Origin: a virus
Length of the DNA: 64,000 bases
Virus record (IMG/VR): IMGVR_UViG_3300020048_000054
Location: 1-64,000 of that record
Reading direction: 5' to 3' (one strand)
The notes beneath the pieces were generated by a model. The model worked only from the letters and a program-made list of their open reading frames with translations, searched no databases and was not told the origin of the DNA. Both the position numbers and the translations under genes were made by a program. Positions within the stretch are counted from its first letter, which is position 1. Every line of letters starts with the position of its first letter. Positions 47,732-58,671 of the stretch are shown here, in pieces.

Positions 47732-48943
47732 TTAACTAATTCCTAATATTTGCTCTAGTGCTTGTATTCTAGACTCCAGAGAAACTAATGTGCTATCAAC
47801 ATTTACAAAGTTTGGAGTGGCTAATACTCCCTTTACTGTTGCATTAACGAATGAGATATATTGCGGCAGGTATGATACTACATTATCTTTCTTCACTCTG
47901 ATTATTGTTTTGGTTGCAAATGTTGATATTTGATCTTTGACGTTAGCAGTAGCTTGAATGTTTGTCTGAATCTGTGGAGTTTTAAACTCGGTTACTGCTC
48001 CCGATGTAACTGTTACTTTACTAAGACCCAATACAGCTTCAGATATCTGATAAGTTGTATAATTAGATTTCCATAATGTAGGATTGACATCCGTATGTTC
48101 TACAATAATAGAATTATCTGTTGTATCGACAGACACAATAGAAGAATATAAACCAATTCCTTTATTTGTTTGTGGGTTTATTGGTCTTATTGATTTTTGG
48201 GCAAGAGCATCAACAAAAGAAAAAGAACCATTTACATATAATTTCTCAAGAGTTCCATATGAATTTCCATAAGTTGCATATGCTTCTGGGTACTCGGTTA
48301 TTGATAAAAATTTTGGAGAACTAGTATCAACCCAACCATCGGGAACAACAGAAGCTGCATCAACAACTCTTATCTCGCCTATATTAACCTCAGAAGATCT
48401 AAATGATGCATTAGCGGATGATGAGGATTCATATCCAATGTAGTTTACAACGATTGAATTAAAGTCACCACCCGAAACTGGGCATACCTGAAGAATAGGT
48501 TTTACGATATAACCGTTATCTTCAATCAAACCGTATGTGATGCCGCCAAGAATATCTGGGCTTAGGAAGAATATATCAGTACCACCGTCACCTCCACTAG
48601 TAGCAGAAATTCCAGCTATAGTTGACATCAAATTTGGATAATTAATTAATCCATGTGTCACCACAGTTGCGTATGTAATACCGTCAGTAACAGCGATAGA
48701 TTCTACAATTCCAACAACTTCAGCCAATGACATATCTGTTGCAGCACCTTCGAAGTTTGGGTCTGCAATAGATTGAGTAAATACACCAGCATCAACATCA
48801 TAACGAATAACATTTCCTGCAACAATAGTTGGATCCCAATTAGTGTCCGTCTTTTGTTGAAATGATAATCGTCTTCCATTGATCGAATCAACAGAACCAA
48901 CAATTATTCCTGAGATTATGGAGTTATTCGTGCAAGATGGCAT
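47732..48943 (-). CDS. Putative baseplate/tail fibre protein (tail-collar-like segment, C-terminal coiled coil)
   Basis: AEVVGIV, IGEI....VPDGW......YPE and LESRIQALE. Confidence 0.55.
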   Translation of the reverse strand: MPSCTNNSIISGIIVGSVDSINGRRLSFQQKTDTNWDPTIVAGNVIRYDVDAGVFTQSIADPNFEGAATDMSLAEVVGIVESIAVTDGITYATVVTHGLINYPNLMSTIAGISATSGGDGGTDIFFLSPDILGGITYGLIEDNGYIVKPILQVCPVSGGDFNSIVVNYIGYESSSSANASFRSSEVNIGEIRVVDAASVVPDGWVDTSSPKFLSITEYPEAYATYGNSYGTLEKLYVNGSFSFVDALAQKSIRPINPQTNKGIGLYSSIVSVDTTDNSIIVEHTDVNPTLWKSNYTTYQISEAVLGLSKVTVTSGAVTEFKTPQIQTNIQATANVKDQISTFATKTIIRVKKDNVVSYLPQYISFVNATVKGVLATPNFVNVDSTLVSLESRIQALEQILGIS

Positions 48944-48952
48944 CTATGTTCC

Positions 48953-50056
48953 TTATGTCGTTGTTTCTAGACCTCTGTCGTATGGACTAGGGTCTATGTC
49001 TGCGTCTGCTACCATGTGAACTAAAATATCATCAAAAATTACTGCACCGCTGGCAACATTAAATATCACACCATATGTATTGCCACTAGTTGTTAGAGTA
49101 GCAGCTCCAGTTGGAGAAAATCTAGCAGTAGTATTCCACCCACGAGTGCCAGATGTTAGCCTCATATCTCTATCTGCAGATTTATTATATCCATCATTGG
49201 CAGTTCCACTCTTTGGTGAATATAGAGTGATTGTTGGAGTTTTATATTGCGGAATGCTAAACTTATGGGTGTAGCTATAACTTGGAGTTACTGTAAAGTT
49301 AATTGCTGTAACATCATTTCCAGAAGATAGAGTAATATTACCGGGAGAGGTCTGGTGTGTGTATGAGGTATAGTAATACTTTTCCTGCAATTTCTTTTCT
49401 TCTTCTGGAGTTGTAACTGTTTCACTAGACACACCAGAGAAATTCAAACCAACTTTGGCAATACTAATTTGAGTATTTGGTAATACTTTAAAACCAACAG
49501 AGAAGTAATGATCACCAGAAACTCCTAGGTTACCAACAAACTGTGGATTTAAAGTTACTGAATAATTTTGCCAAGTTTCATATACTGTTACTATTTCATT
49601 AGTATTGGAGAATTCATAAATTCCTGGATTCACAGCTTGTCTAAAATAACAAGCCATAGTTGTTCCAGTTATTCCGGTGGTCTTTGCAGAGAAAGAAAGA
49701 CGTAAAGTACTACCACCAACTATATTACAATTTGCTTGTTTATTTTCAATATAGCAATAACCACTTGTTACAGCTGTGATGTTATTAGCTACTGTTAAAT
49801 AATATGAAGAAAGTGCAAATTCTGGCTCTGATGAATTAAATGCTTCTTGGTATATTGATATTACACCACTGCTTTCCTCTGATCGTTTTTGAGTATCAAT
49901 AACATACCATCTATCTGCTATTTTTTTACTCTCAGCAGTATATGTTGTTCCATCTTTTCCTATATTTGAGAAAAATGCATTATATGGAATAGAAAATGTA
50001 GTGCCTCTTTGCCAGAGATCAAAATTACCGTTTATGATTAAGTTATTAGTTGTCAT
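48953..50056 (-). CDS. Putative tail fibre / carbohydrate-binding structural protein
   Basis: NLIINGNFDLWQRG...ADRW, LSFSAK and E.....KYY motifs common in phage fibre proteins. Confidence 0.6.
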   Translation of the reverse strand: MTTNNLIINGNFDLWQRGTTFSIPYNAFFSNIGKDGTTYTAESKKIADRWYVIDTQKRSEESSGVISIYQEAFNSSEPEFALSSYYLTVANNITAVTSGYCYIENKQANCNIVGGSTLRLSFSAKTTGITGTTMACYFRQAVNPGIYEFSNTNEIVTVYETWQNYSVTLNPQFVGNLGVSGDHYFSVGFKVLPNTQISIAKVGLNFSGVSSETVTTPEEEKKLQEKYYYTSYTHQTSPGNITLSSGNDVTAINFTVTPSYSYTHKFSIPQYKTPTITLYSPKSGTANDGYNKSADRDMRLTSGTRGWNTTARFSPTGAATLTTSGNTYGVIFNVASGAVIFDDILVHMVADADIDPSPYDRGLETTT

Positions 50057-52023
50057 GATTGTCCTATCTCAGTGCTATCATATCCCGTTATAGAACTAGT
50101 AGTAGTAAAGTATCTAAAATCTTTTTGGATCATTATTATGGGTCCTGTTACTCCAGTTGTTGGATTGTACTTATATACTTCTAATATTGTAGATATTCCA
50201 AATTGTCCGGGAGTATTATTACTCGCATAATAATTATCAATAGAAGGAAAAGCTATAGATACAGTCTCTGGAATTGGTCCAGTAGTTGCATTCCAACCTA
50301 ATATAGAAGTGTCTAGTGTATAACCATTCGTATCAGCAACATCAAACAATGCTGCATGTGCAATTGTGTTTATATAACCAGAAATTATTGATCCGGTTAG
50401 AATAACCGAATTAAATTTCCAACCATAAACTCTATGACGTTCGTTCCGTATGCTAATATCACGACTCCAACTAAGATTATAATCATTTTTGATATATGTT
50501 GTTGGATATACACCACTACTGCTTAAACCACCAATAGCAGTGCTTGCAGTTATACCCAAAGATCCACTCAATGTTGTTCCGTAAGGTAGACGAATTACTG
50601 GAGTCATTATATCAGTTGTTGGTGTAATGGTACTTACAATAGACGACCAACGAGAAGAACCCAATCCAAATGCATTTATATAATTAGATTGAGTGAACTG
50701 ATCTGGAGCTAGAGTACCTACACCAAGCTGCTCAAATTGTAAAAAGTTTCTATTATTAACATCACCACCACCATCCATATTTGCTGATATTAGTGCAACA
50801 TTTTTCATTCTATATTCTGTGTATGTTTGAGTCCATTCTCCTTCCACTGGAGTCTCGCCTCGTTCAAATTCAGATGTCCAGTTTGATGCTGCAATATTAT
50901 TATAGAATTTATTTATTACAAAATTAGTTCTAACCGGTTTTTCCCCATTTATATGAGTTATTCTAATTTGATGTAATCTATATACATCATCTAAAGTTCC
51001 TAGTGTTGATAAATAAATTTTATTATCAGGGGTATGCTTAGTTATATGTTCAAATCCGCTTTGTCCACTTCCTACAGTTTTTATACTTTTGCCGTATATA
51101 GCAGGGACTTGAAAAACTCCAGAAGTAGTATATGGATATGAGGGAGTTTCTGGATTGATATTTAAACTTTTTGTTAAATTACCAAATACATTATTATCAC
51201 CATACTTAATATTATTAACAGCATGTATATGACCAGTAGTTTTTCTATTAGCTTCATTATCTGTACCTAAGTATAAAGAAGCAGTCAAGCCGTTAACACT
51301 CAAGACTCCATTAAAGACTCCATCAAAAGAACCACCAGACACACCTTGTACTATTGTAGTGTTTCCGAGAGTACCCTCTGTTGCAATAAATCCACGGTAC
51401 GGAAGAATTAAACCACTATCTCCTGTTAATCCGAGAAGCATTGGTTTAGAAACATATAAAGTTACATCAGGTTCGAGCGTTGTACCCGCACCAGAGACAC
51501 CACCGCTCAGAAAGTAAACTACACCCTTCTGTAGAGTAGCACCGGGAGTACCAGTAAATGACGAAATGATAGATGAACCACTGATTCTACCAGTAGTGGC
51601 AACTTGAACATTGTCACCAGTAAATCCTGTAACAATACCAACAACTTCAGCTGTGCATTCATCGTCTGCTAATGCCTTTTGTGCTTTACCAGTAGAATCG
51701 ACATATACGATATTTCCAACAGTAACCCCAGTGTTTGCAGGCAGAACTATAGTTGTTCCAGAAATATCACCTGCGAAGTTAGAAGTCAGAGTACCATTAA
51801 CCGTAACATTGTTAAATACCATATCTCTGGTAACATTGCCTGATAGACTTAATGTATAACCACCATTTGCAGCAGTATGTGGTGATGCGGTTATTCCGTC
51901 TCCACCAACAATGTTTGCAACATTCAGCGCATTGAGCCGTTGAATCATGATATTATTTTTAGCATACCAACCACCAAATGTGGTTCCTAAACTTAATTCG
52001 GTTATATCAACAAAATCTGCCAT
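50053..52023 (-). CDS. Putative baseplate-attached fibre protein
   Basis: L..TF..W..K.N N-terminus; AEVVGIV...G..YFLS segment paralogous to 47732-48943. Confidence 0.55.
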   Translation of the reverse strand: MADFVDITELSLGTTFGGWYAKNNIMIQRLNALNVANIVGGDGITASPHTAANGGYTLSLSGNVTRDMVFNNVTVNGTLTSNFAGDISGTTIVLPANTGVTVGNIVYVDSTGKAQKALADDECTAEVVGIVTGFTGDNVQVATTGRISGSSIISSFTGTPGATLQKGVVYFLSGGVSGAGTTLEPDVTLYVSKPMLLGLTGDSGLILPYRGFIATEGTLGNTTIVQGVSGGSFDGVFNGVLSVNGLTASLYLGTDNEANRKTTGHIHAVNNIKYGDNNVFGNLTKSLNINPETPSYPYTTSGVFQVPAIYGKSIKTVGSGQSGFEHITKHTPDNKIYLSTLGTLDDVYRLHQIRITHINGEKPVRTNFVINKFYNNIAASNWTSEFERGETPVEGEWTQTYTEYRMKNVALISANMDGGGDVNNRNFLQFEQLGVGTLAPDQFTQSNYINAFGLGSSRWSSIVSTITPTTDIMTPVIRLPYGTTLSGSLGITASTAIGGLSSSGVYPTTYIKNDYNLSWSRDISIRNERHRVYGWKFNSVILTGSIISGYINTIAHAALFDVADTNGYTLDTSILGWNATTGPIPETVSIAFPSIDNYYASNNTPGQFGISTILEVYKYNPTTGVTGPIIMIQKDFRYFTTTSSITGYDSTEIGQS

Positions 52024-52024
52024 T

Positions 52025-52759
52025 TTAGACTACGCTTTCTATTTTTATGTTATTTAAGAAGTACATACCATCAGCTCTTTTTTGTGCAATTGGAACAAAA
52101 CTATTAACATTAGCCGCTGTGGTAAGATCATCGGTGATTACAATGTCTACTATTCTTAGGTAATATCTAGAGGAACCACATACTGATGTTCCTTTAACTT
52201 GCAACTCATGCTTTTGTTGTGCATCATCTGTAATAGTATTACAGTCAACAATTTGCCCGGTAAATTCTCCATTTGCGCTGGTGTTTAGTGCAAAACCAAT
52301 ATAAGAATTTTCTGGAATAGAACTCAGCTCAATAGGAATTGGACCAGGAAGACCATTTACTTTGAAATATACCCAAAAGAACAATCCAGAAGATTGTGCT
52401 TTACATAAAAACCAATTGTTTCTTTCTATATTAATAGTATCAGAAGTTACAGTTATCATGTTAGGATCTAGTGGCGTTGCGCCATCCCAACCAGGACCAG
52501 AAGAATTTTCTGTACCAGCAAATACAATAGTACTCAACCAATTGGATATCATTCTCATAGTCAATGTTTGATGTACGTTCATTCGAAACTGAATTTCATT
52601 CAGTTCTTGAGCTTGTAAAATCTTTCCGGGTTCAAATGCAACCATTTTATAGCCATCAGAATATACTCCGTCAGAAGCAGAACCAAAATCTATTTTACCA
52701 AAACCAGGCACAGAAAAATCTGGATGGGTTTGTGAATATGATATAGTGTATGTTGCCAT
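52025..52759 (-). CDS. Structural protein with a DUF4815/VrlC-like N-terminus
   Basis: Y.MVAF.PG..LQAQELNEIQ; follows gp8. Confidence 0.55.
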   Translation of the reverse strand: MATYTISYSQTHPDFSVPGFGKIDFGSASDGVYSDGYKMVAFEPGKILQAQELNEIQFRMNVHQTLTMRMISNWLSTIVFAGTENSSGPGWDGATPLDPNMITVTSDTINIERNNWFLCKAQSSGLFFWVYFKVNGLPGPIPIELSSIPENSYIGFALNTSANGEFTGQIVDCNTITDDAQQKHELQVKGTSVCGSSRYYLRIVDIVITDDLTTAANVNSFVPIAQKRADGMYFLNNIKIESVV

Positions 52760-52760
52760 T

Positions 52761-54497
52761 TTATAATAAGAATGAAATCTTGGTTGAAGGTTCTGAGCCG
52801 GTAGTAGTATCGAATACTATATTACTATTTAGTGTTTTTGTGGTAACATATTCAATTTTATTTACCTTATAATCGGGACTGGATATGCCATCTAGTGCAA
52901 CTACTGTATAATTTACTGCATTTATAGAAATAAATGCAGCATTGGTTAATTCATCAAATAGTAGTTCATCTACTCCAGCAATTTCTATATCTGTTCCGAG
53001 TAAATCTAAACTTTCCTCATCATATACCTCTGTTATTGACACAACATTAGATTCATAGTCACTGGAAGTTGCAGTAGCTTGATTCTCGGATATTACAACT
53101 GTAGTTGTTTTAGTATCAACAAATACCTTACCGGGAGATATAACAGGAGCGGGTACTGCACCGGGTGCAGGCTCTACTCGTATCTTTGTAGTCATTCTTC
53201 CATTTATAGTTTGATTTGGTTGAGTATTAAGAAGTGGATTTACATTGTCGGTAGTAGTAATATTTTTTACTATTCCAACCTTGGCAAATGAAGTTTGATT
53301 TGTTCCAATGGTATCCAATGTAGATTTAGTTAATTGTTTAATTACTAACACTTTTGGTGCTGGTAGGAAAGATGAAGGATCTGCTATATCTGGTATTAAA
53401 ACCGTCTTCAAAGCATTTCTTAAATTGGTATTGACTGCAGCTGGTATATTAAAGATGGGATTCACATAGTTAGAACCAGATGCTCTAAGGGTAACACCAT
53501 TTGCAATAAATGCATTTCTTCGTATATCAAAATAGGTTGTGATGTTCGCAAGAGCACCAATGCCCAATGGATCTAGAATGGTTATTTCAGCAGTCGGAGT
53601 TGGAAGTACTCTATCTTCTATAGAAAGAGAAGAGACATCCAGATGAAGATAAACAATACCTTTATTTAAATTCTGAGCATAGATGTAATTGTTATATTGA
53701 ATAAAGTACTTGTTATTTGTATCTAAATCTCCAGCGTAAAATTTAGTGGTTAATTCATCTATTGGATTTTTTACTACAACTGAAGAAGACGATAAGTAAT
53801 CTACATGCACAGATTTATACCCAAGCGAATCTCCAACAGAATGGCAATACGAACATATCCAATCTGATGAACCAATTCCAGAAACTAAATCGCCTTTAGA
53901 GCGTACAGTTGCTGTTAATGGATCAATGGTGTCTTCGTTATAGTAGAAAAAACAAGAACCAGATATACCTGCTCCACCAGAACATACTGAATTATACCTT
54001 GAAGCATAAGAGCCAGATGTTGTCTGTGTGGTGAATTCGTATAAGTTATTAACTGGTAGAGTGCTCTCGGTTAAAAACTTACTCAAAGAAAAATCAATCT
54101 TATATAAAGCCATCCAAACATAACCGTCAGAGTATGCCTGTATTCCAGTATAATGTGATGGTTGTTGGGTGGATAGAAATTGAGCTTCTCCAAGTAACCC
54201 TATTGGTTGATTTTTTCCAACACACAAATATACTAAATCAGTTGTGCTGTTGTAACAATATGTGTTTTCTCCCGATGAATTAAAATAATACGGTTCAAAT
54301 TGTCGATTATAAGACCAATTTACTCGTGGAATTACTATAGAAACCTCATCTTGGGTAATTCTACTTATGAGGGAAATGTCAGTATCATCTACCGAATCAC
54401 TTGCGTTAGAAACACCACCCATAAATACAAAAAAATTAGTCATTTCTTTTTTCGTGGCTGCAGCTGTATATGATTTTATTTGATTTTTTGTAGTCAT
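52761..54497 (-). CDS. gp8: Baseplate wedge subunit
   Basis: VIPRVNW, VYLC, P.H....DGYVW..LY.I and KFLT...LPV. Confidence 0.8.
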   Translation of the reverse strand: MTTKNQIKSYTAAATKKEMTNFFVFMGGVSNASDSVDDTDISLISRITQDEVSIVIPRVNWSYNRQFEPYYFNSSGENTYCYNSTTDLVYLCVGKNQPIGLLGEAQFLSTQQPSHYTGIQAYSDGYVWMALYKIDFSLSKFLTESTLPVNNLYEFTTQTTSGSYASRYNSVCSGGAGISGSCFFYYNEDTIDPLTATVRSKGDLVSGIGSSDWICSYCHSVGDSLGYKSVHVDYLSSSSVVVKNPIDELTTKFYAGDLDTNNKYFIQYNNYIYAQNLNKGIVYLHLDVSSLSIEDRVLPTPTAEITILDPLGIGALANITTYFDIRRNAFIANGVTLRASGSNYVNPIFNIPAAVNTNLRNALKTVLIPDIADPSSFLPAPKVLVIKQLTKSTLDTIGTNQTSFAKVGIVKNITTTDNVNPLLNTQPNQTINGRMTTKIRVEPAPGAVPAPVISPGKVFVDTKTTTVVISENQATATSSDYESNVVSITEVYDEESLDLLGTDIEIAGVDELLFDELTNAAFISINAVNYTVVALDGISSPDYKVNKIEYVTTKTLNSNIVFDTTTGSEPSTKISFLL

Positions 54498-54576
54498 TGT
54501 AGTGTTTACCGATAATAATTAATACACGGTTAAATATGTAGATACTTTATTGTGTGGTTTATATACCATTTAAATT

Positions 54577-57500
54577 TTATGCTGATCCAAAAATAAACGG
54601 AAGATTATAATTGTATGTCTCGTATGTCCCATTTACATAAGATCCTACTTTTTTCATTGTATCGATGTTAGCAGTGTAGCCAGCTGGTAATTGATAAGTG
54701 ATGCCATTAGGACCTTGTCTGTTGGTAGGAAAACAAGGACCAACAAATGGATCAAAAACAAAACCATCATAATCAACAGATCTGGCAGAAATCACATCAA
54801 TAGTCCCATTAGATCTAATTCCAATAACAGTGTCAGCAAAAGCATGAATCCATGCAAAGTGATTTTCTAGTTTTTGTTCGTCTGCAATACCCATTACAGT
54901 TATTGTTGCATTCATATCATAATCGTTAACAGGAACACCAGCAGGATTAACAGGTAATTTACCAAAAGCATCCTTATAACCAATAGTTTTTACAATATGG
55001 TTATTATTTATATAATTACTTTCGTATAACAAATGTGCAGGTGCCTGAAGGTCACTAGCAGTATTTCCAAAATACTCGAATGGGGAAAAGCTGTATATAT
55101 CTCCCGTGTTGCCAGGATTTTCTTTTGGTATGTTATATTCTGGATGATAAAATCCATTAAGTTTTATAGGATTTCCCCAACCCATCTGAGTTCCTACTAT
55201 ATGCGCTGAAGGTGGTACATAATGTATATTATCATCAAACATACCAATATTGTCAATAAATCCAGGAACCAGTTTTGGAATGAAAAATCCTGCATATGTA
55301 TTTCCAGATGTAGTTGAAACTAATCCACCAGTTGCACCAAACTTAAACCTTGCGCTTGAAGCAAATCCATAATTGCCATTAAATAATGGGCTATTTCCAT
55401 ATAGACTATAATTCCATTTTGCAGCAGTTAATCCGAAGTCTCCAAGTAAATTTATTTTATTTTTTACAAGCTGAGCACCAATAGATAAGTTTTCACTACT
55501 AGCAGTAACTGCATGAGCAGCACTAAATCCACAAGGAAGTAAAGTTTCATTTGCAGATATTGGAGTCCAATTACCATTGTTTCCTAGTATAGAGATTGTT
55601 CCACTTCCCAGTGCGCCGCCTGATATTTCAGTGTTAGGAAGACCTTTAAAGAATCTAAGAATAGAAACACATCTGGGCGGAACATACATCAATTCCCGCA
55701 CACCATCTACTACTATAGTTACACCAAAAATTACATCATATAATTCTTTATCAAAATCTATATTAGCACTGTACGACCAAGTACCAGAAACTGAATTATA
55801 TACTGCAGAATATCTTTGTATCTTTTTTAACTTATCTCTCAAATATGGCACAGAAGAATTATAATCCATAAATTTTACCACTTCACACATCTGAGTTGGG
55901 TGTGCAAAATTATCAACATTGGTTGGTAGATATCCAGTGTAATTAGGATCTACACATACAGCAACTCCTCCACTTTGATAACCACCACGCACATTAATAA
56001 CCGGAAATCTTCTTCCGGCTGAAGGTCCGGTTAAAACTTTTGGTATTAAATTCAATGCATATGCCACTTCTTTACACATACCGTTTGTAACAGGTACTCC
56101 AGTATTAAAAAGACCATTCCATATGTATTTTTGTTTAAATTCATCACCCCCCAAACTAAGTTTTCTGTTTACACCATCGGAGTTTGGAACGATTGCAGAA
56201 TCCCTTGCGCCAATTGTACCAAAAAGAGGATGTCGGTTTTTAGTGCCTGTTGTGAACTTTTGTCTTGGTACTGCAGAACTACCATCTACAATATCGACAG
56301 CACCATACAAACTAACTCCATATAGTTTTCCGGATTTATGTAAACACCAAACAATTATGTCTTCACTTGGAGATAATAATCCACCGGAAGCAGCAATGTC
56401 AACAAAATCTTTATTCTCAATAAAGACTGCTTCTCCGGAATCGTCAGTAAGAAATCCATCACCAACATAATTTGCATCAAAATATACTAAACGCTTTAAA
56501 TAGATATTTCCAGGACTATCGGCTCGTGAAGCAATTGACTCTGCACTAAAATCAGAAGAAAACAATATACTAACCGAACCAGTCGTGCTTAGCATTACTA
56601 ATGTTTGATCATTACTTTGATCTATTGATTTATATTGAATCGGACTAGCAATATTAAATATTTCTCGCACATTTCCTAGAGTTGGATGTGTAGTATCAAT
56701 GTCATTTTGTGTTGGTGTATTTAGAATAAGTTTATAAATGGAAGCTGTAGGACTGTCTGGATCATTATTATATGCTGTTCTTGGTACACTAATTTTTCTT
56801 TCACTACTTGTTATAAAAGTACCACCAATATATCCAGCTGCTATTGAATATTCATTAGATCCCTTAACTTCGTTTGTTCCAAAATCAAACCATTGATATT
56901 TTTTAATGTTTGATTTTTGAATTCTGAAAGAAGTTCCCCCTCGTCTTTGGGTATCTCCAACATCATAGTATGAATTCAAAGGACCTGCTTCCACAGTTGG
57001 TGAAGTTTGAATCCAATTACTAACATACTTAGCCAGGCTTATACCTCTTAGGCCAAGGGAATTGTCTGCGAGGATTGTTGTTAAGTATTCATTAGCTCCA
57101 GACTTATCTGTCCCTTTGCCGGCAGCTCCTCCCAAAAAAGGAAACGATTCTAAATTACTATTCCAGCTTGATATATCCGAAGAAAGAGCTTCAATTTCGA
57201 ATAAATTTCCAAACGCAGTAAATCCATTAGAACTAGAAACATAAGGAAATTCTGGATATCTTGAATCTATTGCATTAATATTTTCATTTCGTTCAATCAT
57301 AAATCCGTATGTATCCTGATCCGTGAATCTCAACAGATTAAGATCAGATTGATATGCAGTCATTCCTACCGGATTATTCACGCCAGGAGAACAAAACGCA
57401 CATCCACCACTATTGCAGGATGCGTATAAAATATTTGGACTTATTCCATTTGTCGAATCTAGCTCATAAAAACTTCCAATCTTCATATGAGCCAGACTAG

Positions 57501-58671
57501 AACTAATTACATCAGTACTAACATCTGGATCCCACGACGGAACTTTATGTTGGGGAACTGCAACAGCAACTCCGTATGGATCACACTCGTGTGTGCAGCA
57601 ATAGCATGAATAATTTTTCGAAGCATCGCACGCATCGCTAAAATCAAATTGATTATAAAACGCAGAATTTAAAACATCAGATGCTGGATTTGCCGAAAAA
57701 GTAATTCCCGGATTCATTAATAAATATCTTCCAATCACAGGCAATTCTGAAGCTTCACTAGTAATAACACCATCTCCGTTGTTATCCACTCCAGTGTCAG
57801 TGTCAACTAATGGAATATATTGCTCAAAGAATCCTAACATACCTGCAGGATGTGCTCCTGCTAATAATGTGTCTTTGTATGTTATATCACCAGTATTTGG
57901 TGCATCTGATGTTAAAAGATATGAGTATTCTTGCCAGAAATAATCATCAGGCAGAACTGCTTCATTTAATGCGGCACCAAATAGATTGGGGCGACTTTCT
58001 ATATTATAACCAACACCCCCGGCAATAATACCAGCGGCATCAACCGGAGCATCCGGATCAAATCCAAATGGTAGATCAATTATTCCAGTTTCTCCAGAAA
58101 TATTCCAAGATATATCAATATACTTACCACCATTCATTCTCATTAAGTATTTTTTAGGATAATCAATAGTAACATTTGACACATTAAACAGAATTTTTAA
58201 CAAATAGCGATATGAATTTTCTGTACCTTTACTAATTAAGAAGTCTGTCTTAATAGAACGCAAAAACTTTCTAAGATTTTGTCTATCTTCTGGGCTAATT
58301 GCAGCGGGGGTAATAAATGGAGCGTATACTTTTACATACTCATCTAGAAATATATCCGGAACCGAATCAATATTTAATAATTCTTCTATATCATATGGAG
58401 TTAGATTTATGTCTTCTTTTTTAAATCCACAATACATCCAATTGTAATATGCTTGTAAAAATGATACTAAATACTGCTCACCAATATTTGATCCATAATT
58501 TTGATTTATCCAAAATGGAAGTTGACTCTGTATGTCAAGCGGAGAAGTGCAATATGATTCTCCTACAGTTTCTGTTGGTAACCCCTGAAGAAGCTTTAAA
58601 AAAGGAACAACTGACTGATTGACTTCTTCAGTTGGTGCAGTTTGAGGTTGTTTTATAAACGGTAATAGCAT
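54577..58671 (-). CDS. gp7: Baseplate wedge initiator (gp7-like) with a long C-terminal extension
   Basis: QLP.WI, FLQAYY.W, KGTENSY.YL.KILF, D..FWQEYSY and HPAG. Confidence 0.75.
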   Translation of the reverse strand: MLLPFIKQPQTAPTEEVNQSVVPFLKLLQGLPTETVGESYCTSPLDIQSQLPFWINQNYGSNIGEQYLVSFLQAYYNWMYCGFKKEDINLTPYDIEELLNIDSVPDIFLDEYVKVYAPFITPAAISPEDRQNLRKFLRSIKTDFLISKGTENSYRYLLKILFNVSNVTIDYPKKYLMRMNGGKYIDISWNISGETGIIDLPFGFDPDAPVDAAGIIAGGVGYNIESRPNLFGAALNEAVLPDDYFWQEYSYLLTSDAPNTGDITYKDTLLAGAHPAGMLGFFEQYIPLVDTDTGVDNNGDGVITSEASELPVIGRYLLMNPGITFSANPASDVLNSAFYNQFDFSDACDASKNYSCYCCTHECDPYGVAVAVPQHKVPSWDPDVSTDVISSSLAHMKIGSFYELDSTNGISPNILYASCNSGGCAFCSPGVNNPVGMTAYQSDLNLLRFTDQDTYGFMIERNENINAIDSRYPEFPYVSSSNGFTAFGNLFEIEALSSDISSWNSNLESFPFLGGAAGKGTDKSGANEYLTTILADNSLGLRGISLAKYVSNWIQTSPTVEAGPLNSYYDVGDTQRRGGTSFRIQKSNIKKYQWFDFGTNEVKGSNEYSIAAGYIGGTFITSSERKISVPRTAYNNDPDSPTASIYKLILNTPTQNDIDTTHPTLGNVREIFNIASPIQYKSIDQSNDQTLVMLSTTGSVSILFSSDFSAESIASRADSPGNIYLKRLVYFDANYVGDGFLTDDSGEAVFIENKDFVDIAASGGLLSPSEDIIVWCLHKSGKLYGVSLYGAVDIVDGSSAVPRQKFTTGTKNRHPLFGTIGARDSAIVPNSDGVNRKLSLGGDEFKQKYIWNGLFNTGVPVTNGMCKEVAYALNLIPKVLTGPSAGRRFPVINVRGGYQSGGVAVCVDPNYTGYLPTNVDNFAHPTQMCEVVKFMDYNSSVPYLRDKLKKIQRYSAVYNSVSGTWSYSANIDFDKELYDVIFGVTIVVDGVRELMYVPPRCVSILRFFKGLPNTEISGGALGSGTISILGNNGNWTPISANETLLPCGFSAAHAVTASSENLSIGAQLVKNKINLLGDFGLTAAKWNYSLYGNSPLFNGNYGFASSARFKFGATGGLVSTTSGNTYAGFFIPKLVPGFIDNIGMFDDNIHYVPPSAHIVGTQMGWGNPIKLNGFYHPEYNIPKENPGNTGDIYSFSPFEYFGNTASDLQAPAHLLYESNYINNNHIVKTIGYKDAFGKLPVNPAGVPVNDYDMNATITVMGIADEQKLENHFAWIHAFADTVIGIRSNGTIDVISARSVDYDGFVFDPFVGPCFPTNRQGPNGITYQLPAGYTANIDTMKKVGSYVNGTYETYNYNLPFIFGSA

